DNA of 64,000 nt from an uncultured Armatimonadetes bacterium. Lineage in GTDB: Bacteria > Armatimonadota > UBA5829 > DTJY01. Below the pieces are notes generated by a model. It had not been told where the DNA came from. It did no database searches and was given only the letters and a program-made list of their open reading frames with translations. The position numbers were made by a program, and so were the translations under genes. The stretch lies in contig OY970325.1 of the NCBI GenBank assembly GCA_963717145.1, forward strand, positions 3,520,001-3,584,000, written 5' to 3'. Shown here piece after piece: positions 54,813-64,000 of the stretch; position 1 is the stretch's first letter, and each line of letters begins with the position of its first letter.

Positions 54813-56348
54813 TTACTCCTCGTCGGTCTGCGCCTCCTGAGCGTGAACGCCCTGCCAGAATGGCCAGTCGTCGGTGCGGAAGGGTGATGCCGGCAGCCCG
54901 GCCTTGTTGATGAGATTGCAGTCCGGGTTCATCTCCCAGGCGTAGCGCACAGCCACGGGAGTCGCGATCTCCTTACTCGAAACGACGATCGAGTCGCCGT
55001 CGACAACTGCATCCGCGGGCACGAACTTGCGATCCGCGCCCGCGATCACGAATCCCCTGAGCGGTCCCCCACCCCTAACGGCCAGCCCGCCGCCCAGCGA
55101 CGTGAAATACAGGAGGATAGTATGGTAGTCGAGGTCCATCCCGGTGTAGATCGGCCCGTCCGCGACGACATCTATCCCATAGACCTTCGCCTTCGCCTGA
55201 AGTGCGAACCGCCGGGCGACCTCCTGCTTGTTTGTGAAGTGGATATTCTTAGGATCGCCGATATCTATGTCCACCACCATGCCCGTGTTGTTCAGATCCG
55301 TCGTCTTGAGCATCGACTCGCGCAGTTCCTCCCAATGCTCATTCGGGTCCTTGGACACCCAGTTCGCCATCTGGCACAGGAAGAAGGGGAAGTCGCCCAG
55401 GCCCCACGACTTGCGCCAGTCCTGTATCATGGCGGGCATGAGCACGCGATATTCCAGCGCGCGTCCACGATTCGCCTTCCCTCCGGCCCAGAGGACTCCG
55501 CGCATTCCGTAGGGGATGAGCGGGTGGATCATGGCGTTGTAGATCGAGGCGGGTCGGGCCTGATGGCCCTCGAGGGTGCGCATCTTCGGCGCGGGCTTCC
55601 CGGCGGCCTTGGCCTCTTCCGCTGCCTTCTGTGCCGCCGCGAGTTCGGCGGGAAACGCCGCCTTGCGCTCCTCCCAGAGCTTGAAATATGGCGCGGACTC
55701 GACGGGATGCGCCTTCAGTACGTCGAGCCGCATGAACGACTCCATGTTGCTCCCGCCCCACGCGCTAAGGATGATGCCGACCGGCACCTTCAGGCTATCA
55801 TGGATCTCGCGCGCGAAGAAGTATCCCGTGGCGGTGAACTTCCCCACGGTCTCCGGGCTGCAGACCTCCCACTTCCCGACGGTGTCCGTCTGGGGCTCGG
55901 CGCGCGCCTTCAGCTCGACCGTGTAGTTCCTTATCTCCGGGTAGCCCTTCGCACCGGCGATTTCCTTCTCTGCGTTGTCGCACTGCTTGACCGCCATCAC
56001 CATGTTCGACTGCCCCGCGCAGAGCCAGACTTCGCCGACGAGGATGTTGCGGACCGTGAGCCTGTTCTTCCCGGCGACCACCATCTCGAGCGGCCCCCCG
56101 GCCATCATGGGCGACAGCTTGACCTGCCAGCGTCCATCAGGTCCGGCCGTCGTGGACGCCGTCTGCTTGCCGATCGACACTTCGACGTGCTCTCCGGGGG
56201 ATGCCGTTCCCCAGATCGGCACGGGGATGTCCCGCTGGAGCATCATGTTGTCGCTGATCAGCGCGGGGAGCTTCACATCGGCGTCCGCGGTGGCGTTGAG
56301 CATCATCAGGATCGGGATCAAGGCAAGGGCGATGCGTCCGGTTCTCAT
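54813..56348 (-). CDS. Sialate O-acetylesterase family protein (SASA domain)
   Basis: Signal peptide, LPALISDNMMLQR, GEVWLCAGQSNM, NIH..NK, AVRYAW, GLPASPFRTD. Confidence 0.85.
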   Translation of the reverse strand: MRTGRIALALIPILMMLNATADADVKLPALISDNMMLQRDIPVPIWGTASPGEHVEVSIGKQTASTTAGPDGRWQVKLSPMMAGGPLEMVVAGKNRLTVRNILVGEVWLCAGQSNMVMAVKQCDNAEKEIAGAKGYPEIRNYTVELKARAEPQTDTVGKWEVCSPETVGKFTATGYFFAREIHDSLKVPVGIILSAWGGSNMESFMRLDVLKAHPVESAPYFKLWEERKAAFPAELAAAQKAAEEAKAAGKPAPKMRTLEGHQARPASIYNAMIHPLIPYGMRGVLWAGGKANRGRALEYRVLMPAMIQDWRKSWGLGDFPFFLCQMANWVSKDPNEHWEELRESMLKTTDLNNTGMVVDIDIGDPKNIHFTNKQEVARRFALQAKAKVYGIDVVADGPIYTGMDLDYHTILLYFTSLGGGLAVRGGGPLRGFVIAGADRKFVPADAVVDGDSIVVSSKEIATPVAVRYAWEMNPDCNLINKAGLPASPFRTDDWPFWQGVHAQEAQTDEE

Positions 56349-56442
56349 CACGGCCGTACCTCCAGGTGATGTGCGGGAAGATGGTATCCATCCAACAGAC
56401 CTGTTCGGTACCCTGCCCATGATTCCTGCGGAGGACATGCGT

Positions 56443-56904
56443 TCAAAGCTGCTTCACGTACTCCAGGACATCGGCGGCGTGGTCGGCGACGGTCACCTTG
56501 TGCCAGATCCGGCGAATGATCCCCGCCTTGTCGATCAGGAACGTCATGCGCTCGATCCCGAGGAACGTCTTCCCGTACATCGACTTCTCCTTCATCGCGC
56601 CATATGCCTGTAGGACCGTCTTCTCAACGTCGGAGAGCAGCGGGAACGGCAGATCGAGCTTTGCGGCAAACTTCTCGTGAGTCCGCGCGCTGTCACCGCT
56701 TACGCCCAGGATGACCGCTCCGGCCTTGTCGAACTCGTGTATTGCGTCTCGAAACTGAGCCGCCTCGGCCGTTCACCCGGATGTGAAATCCTTCGGGTAG
56801 AAGTAGAGAACTACGTACTTCTCCCTGAACTCCGCCAGGGATATCGTCTTTCCCCCGGTCGCCGGCAGGGTGAACTCCGGCGCCTTGTCTCCTTCTTGCA
56901 GCAT
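56443..56904 (-). CDS. bcp: Peroxiredoxin BCP/PrxQ, probable selenoprotein (U44); absent from the ORF track
   Basis: GGAGG then ATG 56904; MLQEGDKAPEFTL...VVLYFYPKDFTSG[TGA]TAEA...GVSGD...LLSD...ERMTFLID...H; the frame stays intact after the TGA. Confidence 0.9.
56744..56772 (-). promoter_or_regulatory. Putative bacterial SECIS hairpin
   Basis: After the UGA: ACGGCCGAG GCG G CTC [AGTTTC] GAG A CGC. The loop follows 16 nt after the UGA and has G at loop position 2. Confidence 0.65.
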
Positions 56905-57118
56905 CCCGCTACCTCCTGTTTGGTCTCCACATAGGCATGCTTCGATACCACTATTCAGTCTTCCGCTCGATCAGGCCTTCCCAAACAACACGGGGCACAA
57001 TCTTACGTCTGAGATCAAGCGTCGAAGATTCCCATGGAACAAAGAGGCAATGGCAGTTGCCCAATTCACTGTGAAGCGCTATAGTGAGGTCATTCACCGG
57101 ACAGTGGCAGTCCCTTCG

Positions 57119-59068
57119 ATGGAGTTTACATTGGCACGATACTGGTTGATCGCGTTTATCCTGGTCGCCTTCGCGACGAGAGCGGAAACCGTCGGCAACG
57201 TGCCGGGAGAGGTGGGTAAGGCTATGCGTTTCCCGATTGAGATCAAAGGCGGAGAGGCTCTTCGCGAGCGTCTGCGCGTTGACCTGGCCGCCGTGCGTCA
57301 GGCTGTGCAGGAAACTGCTCTGCCGGATGATGAGCGGAAGAAGGCCTTGCAGCAGGCCGATGAGCTTGCGGAACAGGTCGAGGCTCTACCGGCCGATCTC
57401 CCACCCGGCTTCCGTGCCATCTTCCCACTCAACGACATCCACGCGGGCATCTATGCACTGAACGCCCACGTCTTGCGCGCCAGGAAGTTTCCGCCCTTGA
57501 GCGTATGGACGCAGAACCGATGGGACCCGCTCTATCCGACCCAGGCTCCCGTCAAACCGCCCAAGGGTTCGCTCAACATCAGTGTGGCCATGATGCGCCG
57601 CGAATACCGGTCCGAGGCATTCAACCTCACCAACGCGACGGACAAGCCCATGAAGTGCCATCTCAAGCTCACCGGACTGCCCGGCGGCAACAACCCGGCT
57701 TGGGTCAGTGTCCGCGAGGTGCTCTTCACCGATACATACGTGCATCTTCCCATTGCCGCCGCGCTTCCCGAAGCCCGGCGAATCACCGGCGGATACGAGA
57801 TCACCATCCCCGCCGGGACGACCCGCCAGGTGTGGCTTGAGTTCCATCCGACGAGCCTGCACGCGGACACTTACCGTGGACAGATCGCAGTGACGGCTGA
57901 AGGTGTCAGCCCTATCTCGATCCCGCTGCAGGTACACTTGTATCCTCTCGAGTTCCCTGAAGAGCTCTCGATTGCAGTGGGCGGATGGGATTACGCGTTC
58001 GACAAGGCATCGGCTCGCGATGCGGCCATTCTCGACCTCTCTGTGTTCAGCCGCTTCCTGCAGGACTACTGGGTCAACACACCCTGGGCGCGGACGATCC
58101 CTCTCGATGGCTGCACGTTCGACGCCGATGGTCACCTTACCCATGAGCCGGACTACACCTTGTGGGACCGATGGGTTACTGAGTGGAAAGGCGCGCGCTA
58201 TTACGCCGATTTCCTTCAGTTCGAAGACAGCTTCTTCGGCGAGAAAATGGGTACTCCGCGCTTCAAGCGGATGGTCGGCGAATGGTTTGTCGCCTGGATG
58301 AGACACGCGAAAGCACAGGGGATTGAACCAGGCCGCATCCTTCTGCTGATCCTCGATGAGTCGAGGACTCCTGAGGAAGACGCGATCGTCATACCCTACG
58401 CCGAGGCGATCAAGGCCGTTGAGCCAAAGGCGCTGATCTACCAGGACCCACTTCATAAGGACCCGCGCGCAGTCGATCCGCGCTTCTACGATCTGTCCGA
58501 TATCATCTCTCCCATGGCCACGCGCTTTGTCTCAGGATCGGCCGAGTACCGCGATTTCTACTTGTCCCAGAAGGACGCCGGGCGCGAGCTTTGGTTCTAC
58601 TCCTGCACCAACGGCAAGCAACTGGACCCAATCACGTACTGGCGCGGGCAGTTCTGGCTCGCGATCGAGCATGGCGCGAAAGGCTCCTTCTACTGGTCAT
58701 TCGGCGACGAGGGGCGGTCCGGCGGGTCGTTCAACGCGTACACCTCGCCGGCGCATATGTTCTGCCCGTTCTTCATAGACCGCGAGATGGGCATCATCGA
58801 CGGCAAGCACATGCAGGCCATCCGTGAGGGCGCCGAGGACTACGAGTACTTCGCCATGCTGAGGCAGCGGGTTGCCGGCCTCGAAGCGCGAGGGGAGGAT
58901 TCCGCGGACCTACAGACGGCGAAGAAGCTGTTGGCGGAAGGGCCCTCGATGGTCACGCGCGAGATATCCGTGGACCGGATCGGATGGGATACTCCAAAGG
59001 ACCGGGCACTGATGGACGAGGTGCGGATCCAGGTGCTCGATGCTCTCAAGGCACTGAGCCCACAGTGA
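57119..59068 (+). CDS. Secreted GH123/DUF4091-like glycoside hydrolase-like protein (start uncertain)
   Basis: Hydrophobic N-terminus; EYRSEAFNL, ILDE, WFYSC, IREGAEDYEY. Confidence 0.6.
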   Translation: MEFTLARYWLIAFILVAFATRAETVGNVPGEVGKAMRFPIEIKGGEALRERLRVDLAAVRQAVQETALPDDERKKALQQADELAEQVEALPADLPPGFRAIFPLNDIHAGIYALNAHVLRARKFPPLSVWTQNRWDPLYPTQAPVKPPKGSLNISVAMMRREYRSEAFNLTNATDKPMKCHLKLTGLPGGNNPAWVSVREVLFTDTYVHLPIAAALPEARRITGGYEITIPAGTTRQVWLEFHPTSLHADTYRGQIAVTAEGVSPISIPLQVHLYPLEFPEELSIAVGGWDYAFDKASARDAAILDLSVFSRFLQDYWVNTPWARTIPLDGCTFDADGHLTHEPDYTLWDRWVTEWKGARYYADFLQFEDSFFGEKMGTPRFKRMVGEWFVAWMRHAKAQGIEPGRILLLILDESRTPEEDAIVIPYAEAIKAVEPKALIYQDPLHKDPRAVDPRFYDLSDIISPMATRFVSGSAEYRDFYLSQKDAGRELWFYSCTNGKQLDPITYWRGQFWLAIEHGAKGSFYWSFGDEGRSGGSFNAYTSPAHMFCPFFIDREMGIIDGKHMQAIREGAEDYEYFAMLRQRVAGLEARGEDSADLQTAKKLLAEGPSMVTREISVDRIGWDTPKDRALMDEVRIQVLDALKALSPQ

Positions 59069-60225
59069 CTGTTGAAGAGAAGAGCGCGGAGTTGACTTCA
59101 AAGGACCTGATATGCGACACGATAGCGCGAAGAAAGACAGACCGAATACCGCTGGTCGAACTCGCCTACTGGCCTGAGACGATCAGCAGATGGGAAGGCG
59201 AGGGATTACCTCCCGGCACCGATCCCCGCGACCTCTTCGGACTCGACCGCATATTCATCTACTACCCCGATGACTCCCCGAGGTTCGAGGAGAGGGTCGT
59301 CGAGGAAGATGAAGAGACAATTGTTGTGACGGACCGTTTCGGGCGGACCGTGAAGAAGTGGAAGCATTCGACCGCTACTCCAGTGAACCTCGGGTATGGC
59401 ATTGATGACATAGCAGACGCCGATGCCTACATGAGCCGCTATGATTCGCTCGATAATCGAAGCGCCGATGAGAAGCAGGTCGAGGAGTACAAGTCGTGCG
59501 CCGAGAGAGGGGACTTCACGGCTATATCGCCCCTCGAACCGGCCTGGTTCATCATCGAGCACCTTCTGGGCTTCGAGCAGGGTCTCATGGCATTCATGGA
59601 GCATCCCGATGAAGTCGCCGCGGTGATGAGGCGGCTGATGGATTACAGCCTGGCGCATATGGAATGGCTGATCGAGGCCAGAGGCATCAAGTTCGACGCA
59701 CTCTGGTTCTTCTCCGATCTGTGCTTCAAGAACGGCATGCTCTTTTCTCCAAGAATGTACCGCGAACTGGTCATGCCGATTCACAAGGAATACAAGCGCT
59801 TCTGCGATGAGCATGAGATGTTCCTGATGTTGCATTGCGACGGCGACGTGAGGAACTTCATTCCTTTGATCATAGAGTCGGGCTTCGACGTCATACAGCC
59901 TCTGGAAGCGAGGGCCGGCAACGATGTCAGAGAGCTGAAGGCATTGTACGGCGAAAGCATCACGTTCTTTGGAAACATCAATGCTGATGTAATCGCCGGT
60001 GGCACGAATGAGGAAATCAGAGAAGAGGTGGCATCAAAGGTGAATGCCGCAAAGCAGGGCGGCGGCTACATCTATCACATCGACCACTCCGTCCCGCCAA
60101 CGGTAAGCTTCGAGAACTATCGCCTCTTGATGAGAAATTCTCAAGGAGAACATGTGGATTCAGCAGAACGGCAGATCTCAAGCGTGAGATCTGCCGTTCT
60201 ATACCCTAAGCGGAGTAGTCGATAA
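59065..60225 (+). CDS. Uroporphyrinogen decarboxylase-like (URO-D/MtaA family) protein
   Basis: SDLCFK, LFSP, HCDG, QPLE, FFGNI, GGGYI..DHSVP. Confidence 0.8.
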   Translation: MTVEEKSAELTSKDLICDTIARRKTDRIPLVELAYWPETISRWEGEGLPPGTDPRDLFGLDRIFIYYPDDSPRFEERVVEEDEETIVVTDRFGRTVKKWKHSTATPVNLGYGIDDIADADAYMSRYDSLDNRSADEKQVEEYKSCAERGDFTAISPLEPAWFIIEHLLGFEQGLMAFMEHPDEVAAVMRRLMDYSLAHMEWLIEARGIKFDALWFFSDLCFKNGMLFSPRMYRELVMPIHKEYKRFCDEHEMFLMLHCDGDVRNFIPLIIESGFDVIQPLEARAGNDVRELKALYGESITFFGNINADVIAGGTNEEIREEVASKVNAAKQGGGYIYHIDHSVPPTVSFENYRLLMRNSQGEHVDSAERQISSVRSAVLYPKRSSR

Positions 60226-60619
60226 GCCGGGTTCTGTCGTGGATGATCATCTATCTGGGATGCGCGTTGCCGCGCACCTCGTGCGGCCTTTACCCGGAGG
60301 GTCGGCGGGCAGCTTCAACCCCTCCCTATTCGGCCTTGCTCCAGATGGGGTTTACCAAGCCTCCGCATCACTGCGGAGCTGGTGGTCTCTTACACCACCG
60401 TTTCAGCTTTGCCCCCCTAGCACCGCCGTAGGGGAGGCCTTCAACGGCCTCCTGAGCGGGAGGCCGTTGAAGGCCTCCCCTACGGCGTGCTAGGGCGTTT
60501 TCTTTTCTGTGGCACTTTCCGTAGGATCGCTCCCCCTCGCCGTTAGCGAGCATCGTGCCCTGCGGAGCCCGGACTTTCCTCCCCGTCCTCTCGGACAGGG
60601 CGACCATCTGACTTACTCC
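60212..60619 (-). ncRNA. rnpB: RNase P RNA (type A)
   Basis: Minus strand GAGGAAAGTCCGGGC, GAAAGTGCCACAGAAA, GGTAAACCCC, GAGCAAG, AGATAGATG, ACAGAACCCGGCTTA; P1 pairing GGAGTA..TACTCC; TG-N-TATAAT just upstream. Confidence 0.96.
60424..60487. repeat. GTAG-type REP doublet within RNase P helix P12
   Basis: Perfect 29-bp arms: CGCCGTAGGGGAGGCCTTCAACGGCCTCC and its reverse complement. Confidence 0.85.
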
Positions 60620-60661
60620 ATTGGTATTATATCACATTTGCACCACACGCTATCATCGATC

Positions 60662-63040
60662 TCAGCGCTCCCGCAGCTCGACGTTGGTCGCCCGGAGCAG
60701 GCGATACGTATGCGCTCCGATCTTGTAGCACGAACTGATCCCTGTGACCGCCACGTATTGGCCGACGGGGTCCGTTCCCTCTGGAACCGGCACAGCGCCC
60801 AGCACCTTCAGGCCCGATAGACCGTCGTTGAGGTTCGAGCCGTCACTCACGTAGAAGCAGCCTTCTCCCGTGGCCGTTACTTTTCCCCAGACCTTGATGA
60901 GCAGCCCGACGTTGTTCGTCCCGAGCCCGAGCGCTCCGCCGCCGACGTCGTTGCAACGCATTCCCAGAGGTGATGGCGCGGTTCCTGGACAATTGGTGGT
61001 TCCAACCTCTCCCGCCAGTATATAGCGCTCCCCGTCGTCATTGGTCCGCATCGTCCCCGAGACGTACACGATATCGTTCGTCCAGACCGGAGTCGTCGTG
61101 ACCACCTGGATGCCGGAAGCGCGGTTCTCCTCCTCGACATAGAAGAGACCCGGCAGGATCTCGTTCCCCGCTGTGACGACTTTGCCCTCTAACCTGACCT
61201 GCGATCCGTCCTCGATTTGCCGGCATGAGCCGATTGCAGACGAAGGCACCAGAATATTCACTCCTATGGCAGACGGCTCTGAGGTCCACTGGGGCCAGGG
61301 ATCAGGCCTGTTCAGTGTCACGACCGTGTTCACAGTACAATCCGCGCTGACATCAGACAGGTTGAACTGGTCTGTCGTTACCGACGTCAGATAGGATCTG
61401 GATTCGCCGGGCACGAGAACCTGATCATCAGTAACGGTGCAGATGACCGTGTCATCGTATCCATATGCCAAGTTGCCACTCAGAGTGCTCGTAATGGTGA
61501 AATCCGCCAGCGGTTCAGTCCCGCAGTTGCTCACTGTACTGCGGACATACATCCGATCGCCTGTCATCAGTGCGGCTGACTGCTTGAAGGGACCCTGTTC
61601 GCAGCAGGATGCGCCGGAATCCAGGCTCAGACATGTGAAGAAGGTGGAAGGCAGATCAACGGCTTGTCCGGTAATGTCATTGGCGCTCAGGTCACTGAAG
61701 GCGCCTGACATAGTCTTGATGGCAATCGGCAAGGCCTGTTGATACGGCGCGAGGGGGAACGCCGAGAGCACGCCGCGGATCGTCAGTTCCACATCCGATC
61801 CGGTGATGGCGGGATCTATCGATATTCCCGGAGCGGCAGCATCCATTCTGGTTGTGACCGTCGCTCCGCCGTTATGGCTTTCCACGAAGATCGAGATGTC
61901 GGTGGAACCATCCCGACCGATGTCAAGGTAGACCTCGTAGGCTTCCATACCGGTATCGCGGAATACATCCAGCAGAGTGAACCCTGGCACGATACTGCGC
62001 TTCTTAGTCAAGATGCCGCCGTCACCATCGGCGTCCCAAGCGATCTTGCCGCTTGCGATGTCGAGCCCGACGTAGAGAATGTCCTGATCGGAATCAAGCA
62101 GGCAGAGTACCTGACCGATGTTGAAACCCGAGGGAGGGATGATATTGGAGGCCGGGCGCGGGATCTCGAACGCATCGGGCCCAAGTGGCTCGTCCTCGGT
62201 ACCGGCCAGTCCGGTGCGCGAATCGCTCCATACGTCGGGACACGCTATGAGCCTGGGATCATCCTTGAAATCGGCCTCGACGTCCCCCGTCAGAGCCATC
62301 ATGATTGGATATGCCATTTCGACCACCGAGTCCGTATAGTCTTCTCCGCTGTAGTCGCTGTACGACCCCGATCTGGTGAGGATTCTGACTGGTATGCTGG
62401 TCTGCGACGGTAACTGAAGCGCTTGCGCCAGCCCGTGAATCGCGAGTTCGACGTCCGATCCGGTGAAAGTCGAGTCGACAGTGACGCCGGCAGGCCTGAT
62501 CGGCGCGACGGTCTGAACGGTAACGCCGCCGTCGTCACTCAGCACTAGTATCCTCATATCCGGAGAGTAGTACGCGCTGGGATTCACGTCAAGCTCGATC
62601 CGGTACTCTTCCATTCCGTCGTCCGAGAACATCTCGCGGAGCATGGAGCCAGGCACAATCGCAGGGTTGTGCGTCGTTATGTTGCCATTCCCATCCGCGT
62701 CCCAGGCGATCTTGCCATCAGCCACGTCCAGACCCAGATAGAGGGTATCGGTCGCTGACTCATAGAAGCTTACGACTCGCTCGAGGTTGAACCCTGATGG
62801 AGGTATCATCAACTCCGCTGGCGGCGGCGAGACGAACGCCGATTGGTCCAACGGCGCGTCATCAGTACCCGCGCCGCCGGCTATCGGATCAGCTACGACG
62901 TCAGGGCGTGACTGGATCAGTGGCAAGCCTGTGAAATCCGCGTCCACGTTGCCGGTGAAGGTAATCGGGAACGCCCCCGCGATCGGGGCAAGGCAGAGGA
63001 GCAGAACTGCGGACAGCATCACTACGAACTTCGTGTTCAT
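60662..63040 (-). CDS. Large secreted protein with two ~220-aa repeats and a C-terminal OB-fold-like domain
   Basis: Signal peptide; IPPSGFN...LY.GLD...GKIAWDADG twice; C-terminal FYVEEENRASGI...NNVGLLIKVWGKVT...FYVSDGS. Confidence 0.65.
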   Translation of the reverse strand: MNTKFVVMLSAVLLLCLAPIAGAFPITFTGNVDADFTGLPLIQSRPDVVADPIAGGAGTDDAPLDQSAFVSPPPAELMIPPSGFNLERVVSFYESATDTLYLGLDVADGKIAWDADGNGNITTHNPAIVPGSMLREMFSDDGMEEYRIELDVNPSAYYSPDMRILVLSDDGGVTVQTVAPIRPAGVTVDSTFTGSDVELAIHGLAQALQLPSQTSIPVRILTRSGSYSDYSGEDYTDSVVEMAYPIMMALTGDVEADFKDDPRLIACPDVWSDSRTGLAGTEDEPLGPDAFEIPRPASNIIPPSGFNIGQVLCLLDSDQDILYVGLDIASGKIAWDADGDGGILTKKRSIVPGFTLLDVFRDTGMEAYEVYLDIGRDGSTDISIFVESHNGGATVTTRMDAAAPGISIDPAITGSDVELTIRGVLSAFPLAPYQQALPIAIKTMSGAFSDLSANDITGQAVDLPSTFFTCLSLDSGASCCEQGPFKQSAALMTGDRMYVRSTVSNCGTEPLADFTITSTLSGNLAYGYDDTVICTVTDDQVLVPGESRSYLTSVTTDQFNLSDVSADCTVNTVVTLNRPDPWPQWTSEPSAIGVNILVPSSAIGSCRQIEDGSQVRLEGKVVTAGNEILPGLFYVEEENRASGIQVVTTTPVWTNDIVYVSGTMRTNDDGERYILAGEVGTTNCPGTAPSPLGMRCNDVGGGALGLGTNNVGLLIKVWGKVTATGEGCFYVSDGSNLNDGLSGLKVLGAVPVPEGTDPVGQYVAVTGISSCYKIGAHTYRLLRATNVELRER

Positions 63041-63256
63041 CTCGGAAGCCTCCTGTATGAGTTCTGGACGGGAGCAACTGCGAGTGGTCAACTGGCCAGG
63101 ACAGCTAACTGGTAGTATCTGCCAGCGTCGGGGATTATATCATATGTGTTACCATTCGCGCAAGCCATATATTCTAAGCTCATCTATATTCGGTGCATCC
63201 CGCGTGCGGTGATCGTGTCCGCTCTGCCCGCACCCAGGGAGGCAAAGGGCGCAAAC

Positions 63257-63991
63257 ATGGGTAAACTGACTCTGGGAATGTCATATACCTCCCAGGAAAG
63301 GCAGGCGGTCGAGGTGGCAAAAAGCATCGAGGCGATGGTTGGAGAACAGCTTTACCGTTCGCAGCTCGCAAGAAAAGAGCGTATCGAAGGGGGACACCCG
63401 GTAACGAACCCGGTGATCACCATATCCCGGACCATGGGCAGCGGCGGGCGGATCGTCGCCCGAAAGCTGGCTGATGACCTGGGATTCAGTCTCTGGGACA
63501 GGGAGCTGATCGACCTCATGGCGGAGGAGGCCGACGTGACATCGAAGGTCGTCGAGGCGTTCGACGAGAAAGCCGCGTCCGAGATCGAGCTGCTCATCCG
63601 CGGCGCGCTGGGCGATTATGAGTCCGCCGGCTTCATCTACCCGATGCACCTCGCCCGCGCGGTTGCAGTCATCGCGAGCGTGGGGAATGCGGTGATCCTC
63701 GGGCGCGGGGCGAACTACCTGCTCGGGAATGCGCTCAATGTGCGCATGGACGCATCGCTCGAGAAGCGCATCGAGAACATGATGCAGTACGAGGCGATCG
63801 ATCGCGAAGCAGCCGAGAGGAAGCTCAGGAAGTCGGACAAGGAGCGCGAGCAGTTTATCAACAAGGTGTTCGGCAAGGAGAAGATGAACTGCAGCCACTT
63901 CGACCTGTGCCTCTGGATGGACAGGTTCGACGCCGCCGACGCCGCGGAGATCATCAAGGTCGCCTACCGAAGACGGTTCAAGGTATCCTGA
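63257..63991 (+). CDS. Cytidylate kinase-like family protein
   Basis: VITISRTMGSGG..VA..LA..LG, VILGRGA, SD..R...FDL. Confidence 0.85.
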   Translation: MGKLTLGMSYTSQERQAVEVAKSIEAMVGEQLYRSQLARKERIEGGHPVTNPVITISRTMGSGGRIVARKLADDLGFSLWDRELIDLMAEEADVTSKVVEAFDEKAASEIELLIRGALGDYESAGFIYPMHLARAVAVIASVGNAVILGRGANYLLGNALNVRMDASLEKRIENMMQYEAIDREAAERKLRKSDKEREQFINKVFGKEKMNCSHFDLCLWMDRFDAADAAEIIKVAYRRRFKVS

Positions 63992-64000
63992 CAGAACGCT

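Noticed and set aside
55122-56369. Long alternative ORFs (also 94..1056, 29301..30587, 35894..38008, 36589..37887)
   Set aside because: They overlap well-supported genes and are typical high-GC shadow or frameshift run-on ORFs.

Overview
GC-rich bacterial chromosomal window. The gene content (PEP-CTERM/HAF protein, many secreted glycan-active proteins, a typical C-terminal domain on a large secreted protein) suggests Armatimonadota; this is an inference. It holds carbohydrate-active enzymes, pilT, a higBA-type toxin-antitoxin pair, a glycolate oxidase/alanine-glyoxylate aminotransferase cluster, a complete nuoA-N operon with fused nuoCD, a tkt-rpiB-tal-gnd-zwf-opcA operon and RNase P RNA. Mobile DNA comprises two copies of a single-ORF IS66 element, each with its own 8-bp TSD, and an IS1182 element interrupting a PEP-CTERM gene. 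Many genes carry frameshifts that look like assembly indels. The four most notable observations are: (1) a SatD-family (cyclase-like plus HTH) gene followed by six phased 28-bp palindromic units with compensatory changes and a DUF3307 membrane gene; (2) a BCP peroxiredoxin absent from the ORF track, with TGA at the catalytic Cys position and a SECIS-like hairpin (probable selenoprotein); (3) a diverged 143-bp copy of that gene's 3' end about 24 kb away, bracketing the nuo and pentose-phosphate block; (4) several unrelated long inverted repeats (REP doublets), one translated in frame inside glcD/E and one inside helix P12 of RNase P RNA.
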